DNA of 64,000 nt from Anolis carolinensis (Eukaryota), in the NCBI RefSeq assembly GCF_035594765.1, contig NW_026943826.1, positions 13,991,325 through 14,055,324 on the forward strand, read 5' to 3'. A program made the position numbers and the translations under genes. This document shows, piece by piece, positions 1 to 12,911 of this stretch. Each line of letters starts with the position of its first letter. The stretch's first letter is position 1. The notes below the pieces were generated by a model, which did no database searches, had not been told where the DNA came from, and was given only the letters and a program-made list of their open reading frames with translations.

Positions 1-2091
1 CTTGGATCCATTGCCACAGCCCGGCCCCTCTTCTGCAATCTCTTCTTCCTCCTTCGCCTCCTCTTCTTCTTTTCTTTTCCTCCTTCCTTTGCTTCCCATC
101 AGCTTCCCTTCTTTCCCTTCCTTCCCGGGATGGATCCAGCGCATGCATCGTCTTTGAGGCCCGGGAGGAGCATTGTCTTGGTGCTCGCCAAGTTAAATGG
201 CTTCAAGATGAATACCGGCATAAGTAACTGTTTGCATTAAACTCCGCCGTGCTTAATAAATAATTAAGGCTCCAGAGAGGCTGCTCCGTTTAACGGCAGG
301 AGGAACAAACAGCGGGGATGGGCCCCAAACGGAGGCCTGTGCCAACACCCGTTGCAAGATGGAGACTGTCCAGAGCAGAGCAAACTGGGACGATGGTCAA
401 AGGCCTGGAAACCATATCAATAGGAAGTGAATAGGGAAAGGTTGCTGTAACTACTTCTGGATTTCGCCCCTCCACACTGTGCTCCTCAGGCTTGCCAGAA
501 CCAAAGCCGAACAGTTATGGTCTCCAGAGCAATAGCCCATTGCTTGGCCAACCTCCACAACGAGGAGCTTTCCAATGCTATAACGGAGCAAAGCCACGGC
601 GCTCACGTCTGCGAATGAAATGAACATCCAACCATATAAACAGTCCCGTTTTGCAGAGAGGTGGGGAAAAGGAATGGATTTCCGAAGCATAAAAGACAAC
701 TTTATTCTGCCGATAAATCCAAGCCGGCGAAAATTATTGGAACCCTTCCACCGTTTGGCACTATTAAAAAAAATTTAATCAAAACAGCCGGCGATTAAAA
801 TGGACAGAAGTTGGCAAGGGATTTGCTGCTGCTTTATGTTGAAATCTAACGGGTGCCCAACGCGGAAATGAAATTGGCTTTGGGTGGCAGAGGAAGTTGT
901 GAGGAACATCAATAGAAGACCTGCTGCTGCATCGGGACGGGGATGGGGATTTAATTTCCTCTTGTTCTGGAAGGAAAATCTCTGGAGAAACATATACTCC
1001 GGTGGAACGGATCCCTGCAGAAGAAATGGGTTAGCGTCACCTTGCCAAATGTTCGGATGATGGTAAATGGATGGGGGATACATTCATGTTTATGGAATCC
1101 TTGATTCAAGTTATACCATCACAAGCCTTGATGGACACTAATTAGGAAAGGATCTGTACAAGGTCCAACATAGTGCTGTCACTTGAGTGTTGGGCTATGA
1201 CTCTGGAGACCAGGATTCAAATCTCCGCTCAGAACTATCCCAATGGGCACCACGGGCAAGTAACACTCTCTCGGCTTCAGAGACATAGAAAACCCCATAA
1301 TAGGTTCTCCTTTGGGTTGTCATAATTTGGAAATGACTTAAAGGCATCAGGTCAAATACTTTTCAAACTCTTGTCCTCCAGGAATTTGGATTTCCCCTTC
1401 TGGAATCAGGATACAGAGAAGAGATGTTCAAACCAATCGGCCAAAGGAGTATGAGCTTTTCTTCATCCATGGACCACCAGCAGCTGCCGTGTATTTTGTG
1501 ATTTCTAGCATTGTAGACGTTGGAAGTCGTTTCCATGTAGAACCTTGCCTTGGTCACTCCACCTGCCCTTTTGCTTGGGTCACTTCAAGTCTCTTTCTAA
1601 GTGCTCAACTGGAGATTTGCCTAAAAGCAGCCCTTGGTCAACGTCACCAGGAACGGTTTCTTCCTCTGTCCTCCTTCCCTCTTCCACAAAACCCTCAGGT
1701 AACGCATGAAAACCACTGCAATTCTGACTCCCCGCCATCAACCTCCCATAAAAACAACCTCCGGCCATCAATCAGCCCTTGGCTGCATCTCCTGCTGAAA
1801 CCAACCCATCCATCACCGCTGCGGCATTGGCAAAAGGGAGAGAAAGTGGCAGGCCATGATGGAAAGGGTCAATGCGGTGACACCGTGACAAAACCACAAT
1901 CCATGGCTCTCTCGCTTCTGACTCTTCCTTGACTTGAAGAGAAAAAAAAACAAGATGGATTGCATAGATGGGGTGAATATCAGTGTGAAAAGCAGCTGAG
2001 ATGTTCTTTGGAGGTTGAACTTCCTATAGTGGTGTTGGGGAACCTCAATCTGCCCCTCCTGTGGCCTAAATTTGGCCCATTTTTGGTCCAC

Positions 2092-2690
2092 TGAAGGTTC
2101 TGGATGGCCACTTCTTCGCCATGGATTCTATTCCATTCAAGGTTCTGGATTACCATCTTCTCGGCATAGATTCTCCTCCATTGAAGGTTCAGGATGACCA
2201 CCTCATCGGCAGATATTGTACTCCATTCAAAGTTCTGGATGACCATCTCTTCAGCATAGATTCTCCTTTATTGAAGGTTCAGGATGACCATCTCTTCAGC
2301 ATGGATTCTCCTCCATTGAAGGTTATGGATGACCACCTCTTTGGAAGATATTGTACTCCATTCAAGGTTCTGGATGACCATCTCTTCAGCATAGATTCTC
2401 CTTCATTGAAGGTTCAGGATGACCAGAAGATATTGTACTCCATTCAAGGTTCTGGATGACCACTTCTTCAGCATAGATTCTCCTTCATTCAAGGTTCTGG
2501 ATGACCATCTCTTCAGCATGGATTCTCCTCCATTGAAGGTTATGGATGACCAGAAGATATTGTACTCCATTCAAGGTTTTGGATGACCACTTCTTCAGCA
2601 TAGATTCTCCTTCATTGAAGGTTCAGGATGACCACCTCTTAGGCATGGATTCTCCTCCAGTCAAGGTTCTAGATGACCATCTCTTTGGCA
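2092..2690. repeat. 45-bp minisatellite (about 13 units) with a higher-order trimer
   Basis: Unit AAGGTTCTGGATGACCATCTCTTCAGCATAGATTCTCCTCCATTG and variants. It accounts for the KVxDDHLFSIDSPxL repeats in the ORF track. Confidence 0.9.
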
Positions 2691-3665
2691 TGCTTCAACA
2701 AAACTTGCATATAATCGTAGATCTCTTACCGAAGGATCGTAGCACACATCCGATTTCCCATCACACCCAATGGTAACTGATTTAGTACTGGTTTAGCAGG
2801 TAAATCCAATTAAAATATACCATTCGGGGGGCGGGGGGGGGGACAGGACTTGGTCTCAAAAACGCTGCACTTTGTCTTGAGGAACATCAACTTCATTTTG
2901 CATTCTAAGGAGCACAATAAATCTCACTCCTGAATAATTCACGGCCCGCGTTGATTGAGATTGATCAAAGATATTAGGCTTAATAAGAGAATTTGTCAAG
3001 GTTATCTGGTGTCAGGGAAGGGGGGGAAAACATTTGCTGGGTTGTGAGAGAGAGAGAAAGGATAAGAGTTTCCAACTCATGAAGATACAGATGGGGAAAT
3101 CTCACCCTCGCATTTCTATCCAGATGTGAATCTGTACAATTAACACATTTGGGGTTTTTTGCAATCTCTATCCATTATACTATTGAGATCCAGGCTATTT
3201 GGGGGACCTGGCACACTTTGTTTCACAATGTGAGTCTGGAGTCCACACGTTGATGTTAGCGTTCTCCCACGGCAAGTGTGTATAATTCAAGAACAATTTA
3301 TTGAGCAGAAGTTCAACATGCAGCTAAAGATTATTTTGTGTGCGGAAGATTACGGTGACAGAATTTTGAGGCTTAGTTGTGACTGCTACTTATTTATCTC
3401 ATCCAAATCCTAATTGACTCTAACACATCTCACTAAGTCTTCTTCCATCTTTTCCTAATCCCAGTTGAGACTCACCGGCCCCTAAAACACAATCTCCTCC
3501 TCTTCACGGTCTCATCTCTCTCTCCACTTTGGGGTTTTTCTTCTCATACAACCTCCAACTACAGTCAGCCTTCCGTAACAGGTGGCGGCTGAACACAGAG
3601 TTGTGCTGGAAGACCTAGAGATACCTAGAACTTCTACAACACAAATCTGCAGTCTACCATTGGAG

Positions 3666-3908
3666 TTTGTTTTTTCATGTCAGGAGCAACTTTAGTCACT
3701 TCTGGAGTGAGAGAATTGGCCGTCTGCAAAGACGTTGCCCAGGGGACGCCTGGATGTTTTTTGATGTTTTTACCATCCTTGTGGGAGGCTTCTCTCATGT
3801 CCCCGCATGGAGCTGGAGCTGATAGAAGGAGCTCATCTGCACTCTCCCCGGGTGGGATTCGAACCTGGCAGCCTTCAGGTCAGCAACCCAACCTTCAAGT
3901 CACAAGGC
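3666..3908 (-). mobile_element. tRNA-derived SINE (Anolis SINE2-like)
   Basis: Reverse complement of the copies at 38684 and 60760, with box-B GGTTCGAATCC and an A-rich tail. Confidence 0.85.
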
Positions 3909-4092
3909 CATCGGGGACATATGTTGACCATAATGTTGTCCTGAAGGATCAAAGGTTCCTATAAGACCTAGAGATACCTAGAACCTCTAGGTCTTCAACA
4001 AAAGTCTGCGGTCAACCACTGAAGTATGTTGACCATAACATTGCCCTAGAAGATCAATGGTCCCTATAAAAATGTATTAATCAAATCTACTA

Positions 4093-4724
4093 CCCTGTTT
4101 CCCCGAAAATAAGACAGTGCTCCCAAAGATGCGCTAGGTCTTATTTTCAGGGGATGTATTATTTTTCCACAAATAATTCAAATTTATGGTTGAATTTTTT
4201 AAAAATGAAAATTTATTATCTACTGTACAGATAATACAGTCCCCTTCAGTCAGACAATACAGTCCCCTGAGTCCCCTTCGGGGTGAGAAGGGCGGTATAT
4301 AAATGTCGCAAATAAATAATAAATAAATACAGTAGTTGTCATCACAAACACGCATAACCAAACTGTGAACCCCTTCAAGAATTTCTATATTATATTTTAT
4401 GGCTATACTGTTTTTAAATTACTGTTTTAAATTTCTGTTTGTATGTAAATTTATGTTGTTGTTGGGCTTGTCCCTGTGTAAGCTGCCCTGAGTCCCTTCT
4501 GGGAGATGCAGGTGGGATACAAGAATAAAGTTATTATTATATTATTATTATTTCTTGTTACTACCTTTATTTCCATGTACAACGATCTATGGTATGTACA
4601 TTTATCGATCCTGCATGCTTCCAAACAAGGTCTTACTTTTGGGGGAGGCCTTATATTTAGCCATTCAGCAAAACCTCTACTAGGTCTTATTTTCTGGGGA
4701 TGTCTTATTTTCAGGGAAACAGGG
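4093..4724 (-). mobile_element. Non-autonomous Tc1/mariner-superfamily (Tc2/pogo-like) MITE with internal L2-tail insertions
   Basis: TIRs CCCTGTTTCCCCGAAAATAAGAC / GTCTTATTTTCAGGGAAACAGGG flanked by TA. Same family as the copies at 35885 and 62533. Confidence 0.8.
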
Positions 4725-4866
4725 TACTAACCAAATCACAGGCGTAACTGTGGAGGGATGAATCTACTTCCTAGCTCTGACAAACCATTACCTCCAATAC
4801 AGTACGAGACCACCTGAGCTGCCATGGCTCAATGCTTTGGGATATTGGGAGCTGTAGTTTGGGGAG

Positions 4867-5771
4867 TGTCACGCCCGTGGCAACGGAGCACCAAGAACCA
4901 GACGCAGAGGCCAATATCTATCTAATATCTTTATTAAGTAAATATATAAAAGCAATAAAAACAAGTGTAGAATATAGTTCAGAAGCTGACCTATCAAATG
5001 AGGTCAAATAAAGTCCAAAAATGTATTGTCCAATAATTGATATTAAAGTTCAAAGTTTTATATCCAAAAACCGAAACACACACTATTGCCAGGCAAAAGT
5101 GTGGGGAAAATGTCCAGAGTCTTTGAAGTCCAAGGTAGCTTGAGAACAAGGCTGGAAACAAACTTGAATCATTAAACAAGGTCCGTGACTAGGAACAAGG
5201 CGAAACGGAGATTCTAAGAACAAGGTCCGTGGCTAAAATCAAGGCTAGACAAATCTTGAATACTTGATCCGGAAAGCAAGGAACTGGGGTTGCGGACTTT
5301 GCAAAGTCCACACAAGGCTGGAAACACGAAGTTGCTTCTGAAGCTGCTCAGTTGACTCCGCAACAATTCTAACGTGCCAGGCACCTATATTGGGGTCTCG
5401 TTTTCCCGCCAAACAGGTGTTCAGCGTCCTCTTTCCCTAGTGAACAGGGGACAAAACCTAACTTTGCAGATGGGAGACTCTCTGGATTTTCCCAGGGGAA
5501 ACATGGCTAATCAGTGTCTTGTTTGGCAGCAATTCTTAAACTCCTGCGAAACCGCTCTTTAACTCCCCTGTCTGCAGTAAAGGAATGTCTCCTAGCGAAG
5601 GGAGGTGAGAGCTGTTCAAGGACGGTTTTAATTGGCTTTTGGGCAAGAACATCAACATCAGGCATCTTGAAGGAGTCCGGCTGTTGTTGATCCGGAGAAA
5701 ACCCCATGTTTTCATCCTCATCTGCCACAGTGACACTAGGAACGGGACTACAAGGCCCATGAGGCATCACA
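4867..5771 (-). mobile_element. Solo LTR (905 bp), probably Gypsy-type
   Basis: TG...CA termini, 5-bp TSD GGGAG (4862-4866 / 5772-5776) and AATAAA on the minus strand near 4931. It splits a host MITE whose two halves flank it. Confidence 0.8.
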
Positions 5772-6701
5772 GGGAGGCACTCTTTGGCAGAGAAGGCCAA
5801 ATACATTGCCAAACTACAACTCCCAGGATGCCATAGCATTGAGCCAGGGACAACTAAGGTGTGGTCAAATTGCACTAATTCCACAGTGTGAGTGCACCTT
5901 TAGTCTGAACAAAAACCCAAAATATCCAAGCTTTGTGCCTCTTAGTTTGACCCTCCTTGGTCATTAAACTCCTGGCTTGTGCTGACATCCTTTTCTCCAC
6001 GGTATTGATCACTCCCTTCAGACTTAGTTGATTGTGGCATCTGGGTTGTGTTCCAGATTAAGTATCGCTTGTTTCCATTTAGGGAGCCATTCATCAGGAC
6101 CAGAGCTTGGTTCTGTCTGCTCTGATTCAGGGGCCATCCGCACTATAGAGTTGATGCAGTTTGACATCACTTTAACTAACCCTGGCTCAAGGCGATGGAA
6201 TCAGTGGTGTGGTACTTATGATCACGGCAGCAGCGCCTATGTAGGTTGATGGAATATGGATCCGTTTCTGATCTGTAAAGGGACCCCAGAGCATCTGAAC
6301 GTGGGAGGTTTTTAGATAACCCGGACTGGAAGCATGTAGGGCTTGACGGGTCATCGCTTTTGGAACGAAGGCATCTTTCCCATCCGAGCGAAGAGGAGAA
6401 ATTGCCGACGGTGAGACCGCAAGACCTTGAGAAATGCAAGCGACCATCTGTGACATTCCTTGCAACGAACAGTAAATAAACACCCGGCTCATCCCCGACA
6501 GCTGTGACTGGCAATCGACACAACCTCGGCTGTGATAACTGAACACCTGTATTGGAGGCACGTAGAACCACAGAGTCGGAAGAGGCCAATAAAGGAGACA
6601 CAACCAAAGCCTTCCCGACGGATGGACATCCAGAGAAGGAGACTCCCCTAGACTCCCAGGCATCGAACATATATCCCAACAGCAAACAGGAAAGTTGTCC
6701 C

Positions 6702-7191
6702 TTATTTATTTTATTTATTTACAGTATTTATTTTCCGCCCTTCTTTCTCATCCCGAAGGGGACTCAGGGCGGATCGCAATGCACATTTACATGGCAAACG
6801 TTCAATGCCATTAGATATATGACATATATATATAGAAACAGAGGCAATTTAACATTTTCCAGCTTCCGGCTTCATGAGGTTACGCTCAATCCTAGCCACA
6901 GGAGGAGCTGCTGCTTCACTGTCCATTTGTGACACCGAGTCCTTGATGGAGTACTTCCTCATTCCTTTCCGCACACTGCTGGAAGGTTTTATGGTGTCGT
7001 AAATTAGTTAAATTAGCCTCCTCGCATAAAGCGGTACCTAAATTTCCTACTCGACAGACGCAACTGTCTTTCGGGCTTCATAGGTCTACAGCAAGCTAGA
7101 CTATTTAATGGTCGGGAGCTCACTCCAACCTGGGCTGGCTTCGAATTCATTGTGATTTATTGCAACTGGCTACTAACCAGCTGCGCCACAC
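6702..7191 (-). mobile_element. tRNA-headed SINE with L2-type 3' tail
   Basis: On the minus strand it starts TGTGGCGCAGCTGG (box A) and ends CCGCCCTGAGTCCCCTTCGGGATGAGAAAGAAGGGCGG..(TAAA)n. Confidence 0.7.
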
Positions 7192-7559
7192 CCCTTATGT
7201 TCAAGTAGGACCTCTTTTCTTGCCATCTGGATCCATTGCTTCGTTATGTCAACTGGACTCAAAAACAGCTCCAAGATCAGTCCAGATCCGGTGAGCCAAA
7301 GTGGCTCTTGTTTGTTTGCCGCATGCCGAGCTACAACTCCGCTTTTCTAGGGAAAAAGGAGCTGGCGTAAATAACTCACCCGTTTTCCTTCAAATTGAAC
7401 CTCGACATCTCCATCAGCAACTTGCTTCCCTACACTTTAAGTTGATAGATAGATTTGTCATGCCTTCCACACTGCGGAATTAATGCAGTTTGACGCTATG
7501 GCGGCCCAATGCGATGGGTTCCTGGGATTTCGAGCTTTTACTACAAATCCCATAGCAGT

Positions 7560-8440
7560 GGCAATCTTGGTTGTGACTATCGTTGCAAATTGCACCATGG
7601 TCGTAGCAATCATTGCGATAGCCCCACTGTTGTGACAATTATCTCAATAGCACCAGAGTTATGACAATTATCTCAATAGCACCAGAGTTATGACAATCAT
7701 CACAATAGCACCAGTTATGACAATCGTCACAATAGCACCAGGGTTATGACATTTGTCACAATAGCACCAGAGTTATGACAATCGTCACAATAGCACCAGT
7801 TATGACAATCGTCACAATAGCACCAGGGTTATGACATTTGTCACAATAGCACCAGAGTTATGACAATCGTCACAATAGCACCAGGGTTATGACAATCGTC
7901 ACAATAGCACCAGGATTATGACAATTATCTCAGTAGCACCAGGGTTATGACAATTGTCACAATAGCACCAGAGTTATGACAATTGTCACAATAGCACCAG
8001 GGTTATGACAGTCATCCCAACACTGCCACAAATTGAACAATCATCGCCATAGTGCCACAGCCGTGACAAGGTTCACAATAGTATCATGGTCATGATAGTC
8101 AACGTAATAACACTGTGGTTGGGACAACCATGGCAACAGCACCACAGTCCTAACAATCATCACAATGTTGTGACCTTAGTACTATAGTTGTGACAATGGT
8201 GTGGTGGTTGTGATAATCATCGCAACAGCACCATAGCAGTGATAATCATCTCAATGGTGCCACAGTCATTACAGTCATTGCAATAGTGCCATGGTTGTGA
8301 CAACCACTTCAACAGCACCACGGGTGTGATAATCATCTCAACAGCACCACAGTCATTACAATCATCACAATGGTACGATGGCTGTGGCAACCATCACAAT
8401 AACGCAATTGTTGTAACAAGCACCACAAGAGCGCCATGGT
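7560..8440. repeat. 29-bp minisatellite with a homogeneous core (about 7633-8011) and degenerate flanks
   Basis: Unit TGACAATCGTCACAATAGCACCAGGGTTA repeated head to tail. Confidence 0.88.
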
Positions 8441-8958
8441 TGGCAAAATGCAGAAACCATGATTCCAAAACCACCTACAAACGGGAGGAGAGCCCATAAA
8501 TTCTGGAAACGACACTACATCTCCCAGAAGAACATTTCCACATAAAAGCGAACGAGATGCGGCACGTCCTTGCAAGAAAGGGCGGCTTTTTTATAGGGAT
8601 AATTACCTTTCGGAAACCTTCCTTTCCTGGAAGCTCTCTGAGATAATTAAAGGTAGGAACCTCGTGATTTAGCACAGGTTGTATCCTCAAAGGCGGCTTC
8701 CTGCTCTCTGCCGACAAACTGATTGCAATGTTGGCGGCACAAACGGACCTTTTCAGAGGGGTTTCTACGCAAGAGGCAGGAATCCAGGGCCTCGTCTGTA
8801 CCATCGAGTTAATCCAGTTTGACACCAATTTCACCCCCATGGCTCCTTTTTGGGGAATCTATTTGAATGTTATTTCCGCCCGTAATGGGAAAAAAAATTC
8901 TCTGTGAGAAATTCCACCTGCTTTTCACCTCCTTGGCCTGTCTCTTTTCTATAATGTA

Positions 8959-9576
8959 CTAGCTGTGCCCGGCCACGCGTTGCTGTGGCATATGGGAATT
9001 CTTTGTTAGGTAGGTGGAATAACAGTGAATAGCTTTGTAGCCTGAAAGCCTGGCCATTTTCTTATGGGAATCCTTGTTTGGTGAGGTGGAATAGAAAGGA
9101 ATAGGCTTGCTGCTTGGAAGGTTAGGTAGTTGCCTTTTAGGGGAATTTTTTTGGGGTGGTAGAATTGTAATGAATAGCCTCGGTGGTTCAAAGCCTGGGT
9201 GCTTGCTACCTAGGGGAAATCTTTGGTTGGTCAGCTTCAGAGTAGTATCATTGTTTCAAAGCCTGGTCGCCTTTTACGAAGGTTAATCTTTTATTGGTGT
9301 GGTTGAATTGAATATCGTTGCAGCTCCAATGTCTGGCTGTATTTATTATTTTGTATTTTATATATGTATTACAAAATATAGAAAGAATGGCACATTGCCT
9401 GTTGTGGGTTTTGGCCTTTTTTTTTTGGTGTTGTGATTGTGTTTTTTGTGTGATTGTGTTGTATCTTATTGGAGGCAGGGATGATGGATTGTGTTGCCAA
9501 TTTTAGAGTTTGGGGGGTATTGGGTTTTGTTGTTTTGTGAGTCGCTGTGATGCCAAAAGCCTTTTATATATATAGA
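8959..9576 (-). mobile_element. Non-autonomous Helitron, copy 1
   Basis: Minus strand reads 5'-TCTATATATATAAAA ... GCCACAGCAACGCGTGGC hairpin ... CTAG-3'. Inserted between A and T with no TSD. Confidence 0.88.
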
Positions 9577-10181
9577 TTCCCTATTAATTGAAGGTTAAAT
9601 GTAGTATTGAATGTTTGGGGCTTTCATTATCTGCTCCCGATAGCCGTATTTATGGCGTGAGGCTGGATTTTAAGAGCCTTCTTCATTTCCCAGCCGGGCA
9701 ACCGTGAAAGACACAAAAGGTACTCTTTCCCTGTGTTTCGTAGCCGGGATGCCAAATGTGTACTGTATGTGCGTATGTGTCAGAGGTGTCCACTTGCACA
9801 GACAGGCTCCACTGACATGCGTGTGACAGTGAGTGCCATGAACATGCATCCCAAGCCCTGCCCGTGTCCTCCACATACATCACTGTGCCCCCCACCCAGT
9901 GCCGGCTTTCCTGCTGAGACCATTTCACCCTAGATGTTGTTTTTCCTCCAGAATGGACATCCCAAGATTCCTTAATTTGCATGTCCCCACCCACTGCCTC
10001 TCCCTTAACCCTTTCCTACCCTTACAGAGGGTAAGGAATTGATCAGCAACTGAACAAGAGGCATGCAGAGAATGCACCGTGATCTACAAGAGTTGTACTT
10101 GACCTCCATCCAGAGAGCACTGTGAGCCCAACCAATGATGGATCTGGGAGTTATAGTTCACCCGGGTCCCCAAGCTAGTCT

Positions 10182-10719
10182 TCTATATATATAAAAGAGT
10201 GATGGCATCAGGGCAGCGGACTAAACAACAAAACTACAGGCCCCTCAACCTCGAAATTTGACAACACAACCCATCATTCACGGCTCTAGGTTGATACAAC
10301 AAAAAGAAAAGAAAAATAAAGTCCTAATTACAGGGAGAGGAATAAGAGTTTTTATCCAATTGCTGCCAGTTTGAAGGCAAAGCTCCACCCACTTGGTCTC
10401 CTAGCAACCTACTCAGCCCAGGGGACCAGCACAGTTAGGCCTCACTTAGGCCTCTTCCACAGATTATCAGATTTGAACTGGATTATATGGCAGTGTAGAC
10501 TCAAGGCCCTTCCACACAGCTATATAACCCATTTAGAATCTTATATTATCTGCTTTGAACTGGATTATCTTGACTCCACACTGCCATATAATCCACTTCA
10601 GTGTGCATACTAAACATAAAGACAACCATACAACATTCAATAAAATAAAAATTACTCAACAATTTTTAACCAATACCACCACCACTTTGCCACAGCAACG
10701 CGTGGCCGGGCACAGCTAG
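10182..10719 (+). mobile_element. Non-autonomous Helitron, copy 2
   Basis: TCTATATATATAAAAGAGTGATGG start, subterminal hairpin and CTAG end. Confidence 0.9.
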
Positions 10720-11699
10720 TATATAATAAAAGTGGAAATGTGTACTCATTAAAATATTTGCAAATATTCATAAACATATTCTCAGAAACATCCACAAAAC
10801 CCCTGTTGAAGCAGATCCACCGGGATGCGGCTGCATTTCCGCGACGCTGCCTGAGCTGCGAGTGAGAACGGCGCCGTAACGACTCCCAGCAGCCGTCGCA
10901 AGGCTCTCCCGGTTTGGCTCCAGGCGAGCCGCAGGCGATGCCCACGGCCATGTTTTTGGAGGCATCCAAACCTGGGAAATGGACGGATATGAAAGGAACC
11001 GGTCCCTGAACCGACTGCGCGGCCGGGCGGGGATCTTGGAGGGCGCCATCCTGCCCAGATTCACGGGTCAACAATATGGAAAACTAATTGCTGTCAATTT
11101 GTATTTGCCGGCCTTGGCCGACGCATGCCAGCGACGAGGCGGCAAGCGAGGACAGGCAAAGAAACGACAACACAAAAAAGACTACTGCGACGCACAATGC
11201 TAGACCTACGCTGCCACGTTATTAACTAATGCAACAAAAAGCAAGATGAAATTTACTCTTAAAGTGGAATCAAACTGCAGCGAGCGTGCCGTCTGGACGG
11301 CTTCTCCTTCCTCTTTCATCTTCTCTGCAGGACTTTCCCTTAATCCTCCTCCGTTCACTTACTTGCTCTCTTCATCCTTAAACAAACTCGGTAAAGATCT
11401 GTACACATTTCCTGTCAACCTTGACTCGGCAGGAATTTAATAAACCGGAGCATCAAATATTAATCTTGGCCAGCAGACTTAAGTAATTCTGGAGTTGCCA
11501 AAATCAACACGGACTGTTCATTTTTTAATGAGAGGCCTGTAAAACAGGTTCCTTGGTCACTTCTCAAGCAGAAGGATACGAGGCTTTTCTCTCCTCGCTC
11601 GGCAAAGAAATCGCCCTAAATAATGAAAGGTGCTGCCGTGGCCACAAGGCTGGCCCGGGCTCATGCATGGGGAGAGGCGGAAATAATAACAGTAATAAT

Positions 11700-11925
11700 T
11701 CGTAAACGTCCTCCTATTTCCTGATAGAAACGCCAAACCTAAATACCTCCCCACTTTAATGTGGTGCCTATTTATCTACTCACGTATGTTTTCGAACTGC
11801 TAGGTAGGCAGAAGCTGGGCTAAAGATCAGGAGCTCACCCGACCCAGGGTTTCGAACTCTCAACCTTCCAGTTGGCAAGATTTATTGCAGCTTGGCGATT
11901 AACCTGCTGTGCTAGAAACCCGGCC
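11700..11925 (-). mobile_element. Sauria-SINE-related fragment
   Basis: Minus strand carries CCTACCTAGCAGTTCGAAAACATACGTGAGTAGATAAATAGG, the Sauria SINE core. Confidence 0.65.
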
Positions 11926-11995
11926 CTACCCATCTTGATCCATGGGGAGAGCTGGTATTAATACTATAATTATTATATAAAATATTTATATAAAA

Positions 11996-12222
11996 TCTAT
12001 ATATATAAAAGGGTAATGAAATTTCGGCCTAAGACAAAACAACAAAACTACACATTCCAGAAACACTAAACTTGGCAGCACAACCCCTCATCCATGCCTC
12101 TAGGTTCATACAACAAAAAGAAAAGAAAAATAAAGTCCTAATTAGAGGGAGAGGAATAATTGTTTTTATCCAACCAACACCACCACACTAAGCCACAGCA
12201 ACGCGTGGCCGGGCACAGCTAG
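11996..12222 (+). mobile_element. Non-autonomous Helitron, copy 3 (short)
   Basis: A|TC...hairpin..CTAG|T. Confidence 0.88.
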
Positions 12223-12353
12223 TATAATATATAATAATACAAATCATCATATAATAATATAAAAAACAATATAAGTAATACAAATAGAATAACAATAATA
12301 GTAATATAAAATATTATGATATAATAATATAACATTAAATAATATGACAAAAT

Positions 12354-12397
<44 letters not shown>

Positions 12398-12445
12398 TAT
12401 AGATATAAAATAATATATAATATTAAATAATAAAATAAAATTTTA

Positions 12446-12863
12446 TCTATATATATAAAAGAGTGATGGCATCGTGGCGACCGACAAAACAACAAAACTA
12501 CAGGCCCCCCAACCTCGAAATTTGACAACACAACCCATCATCCACGCCTCTAGGTTGATACAACAAAAAGAAATTGCTTTTATCCAATTGCTGACAGTTA
12601 GAAGGCTAAGCTCCTCCAACTTGGTCTCCTAGCAACCCAAAAAAAATAATAATAAAAAACACTAAAAAATTAATACAATAAAATACTATAACAGAAAATA
12701 ACTAAAAATAATACAAGAAAATAATAAAATATAATAAATAAAAAGATAACTTACAATAAAATTAATTAAAAAATGCCAATAACGTCAAATACAAATTACA
12801 CAACAATTTTTAACCAATACTACCACCACTTTGCCACAGCAATGCGTGGCCGGGCACAGCTAG
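12446..12863 (+). mobile_element. Non-autonomous Helitron, copy 4
   Basis: A|TC...hairpin..CTAG|T. Confidence 0.9.
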
Positions 12864-12911
12864 TATATATATATATAATGATAGTAATTGTGATATTACT
12901 GTGTTGATATA

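Noticed and set aside
2121-2776. Repeat-protein ORFs (KVLDDHLFSIDSP..)
   Set aside because: Translation of a 45-bp minisatellite, with the frame broken by 8-nt deletions and no splice or promoter support.
7560-8440. CRISPR-like 29-bp repeats
   Set aside because: Head-to-tail tandem units with no spacers.
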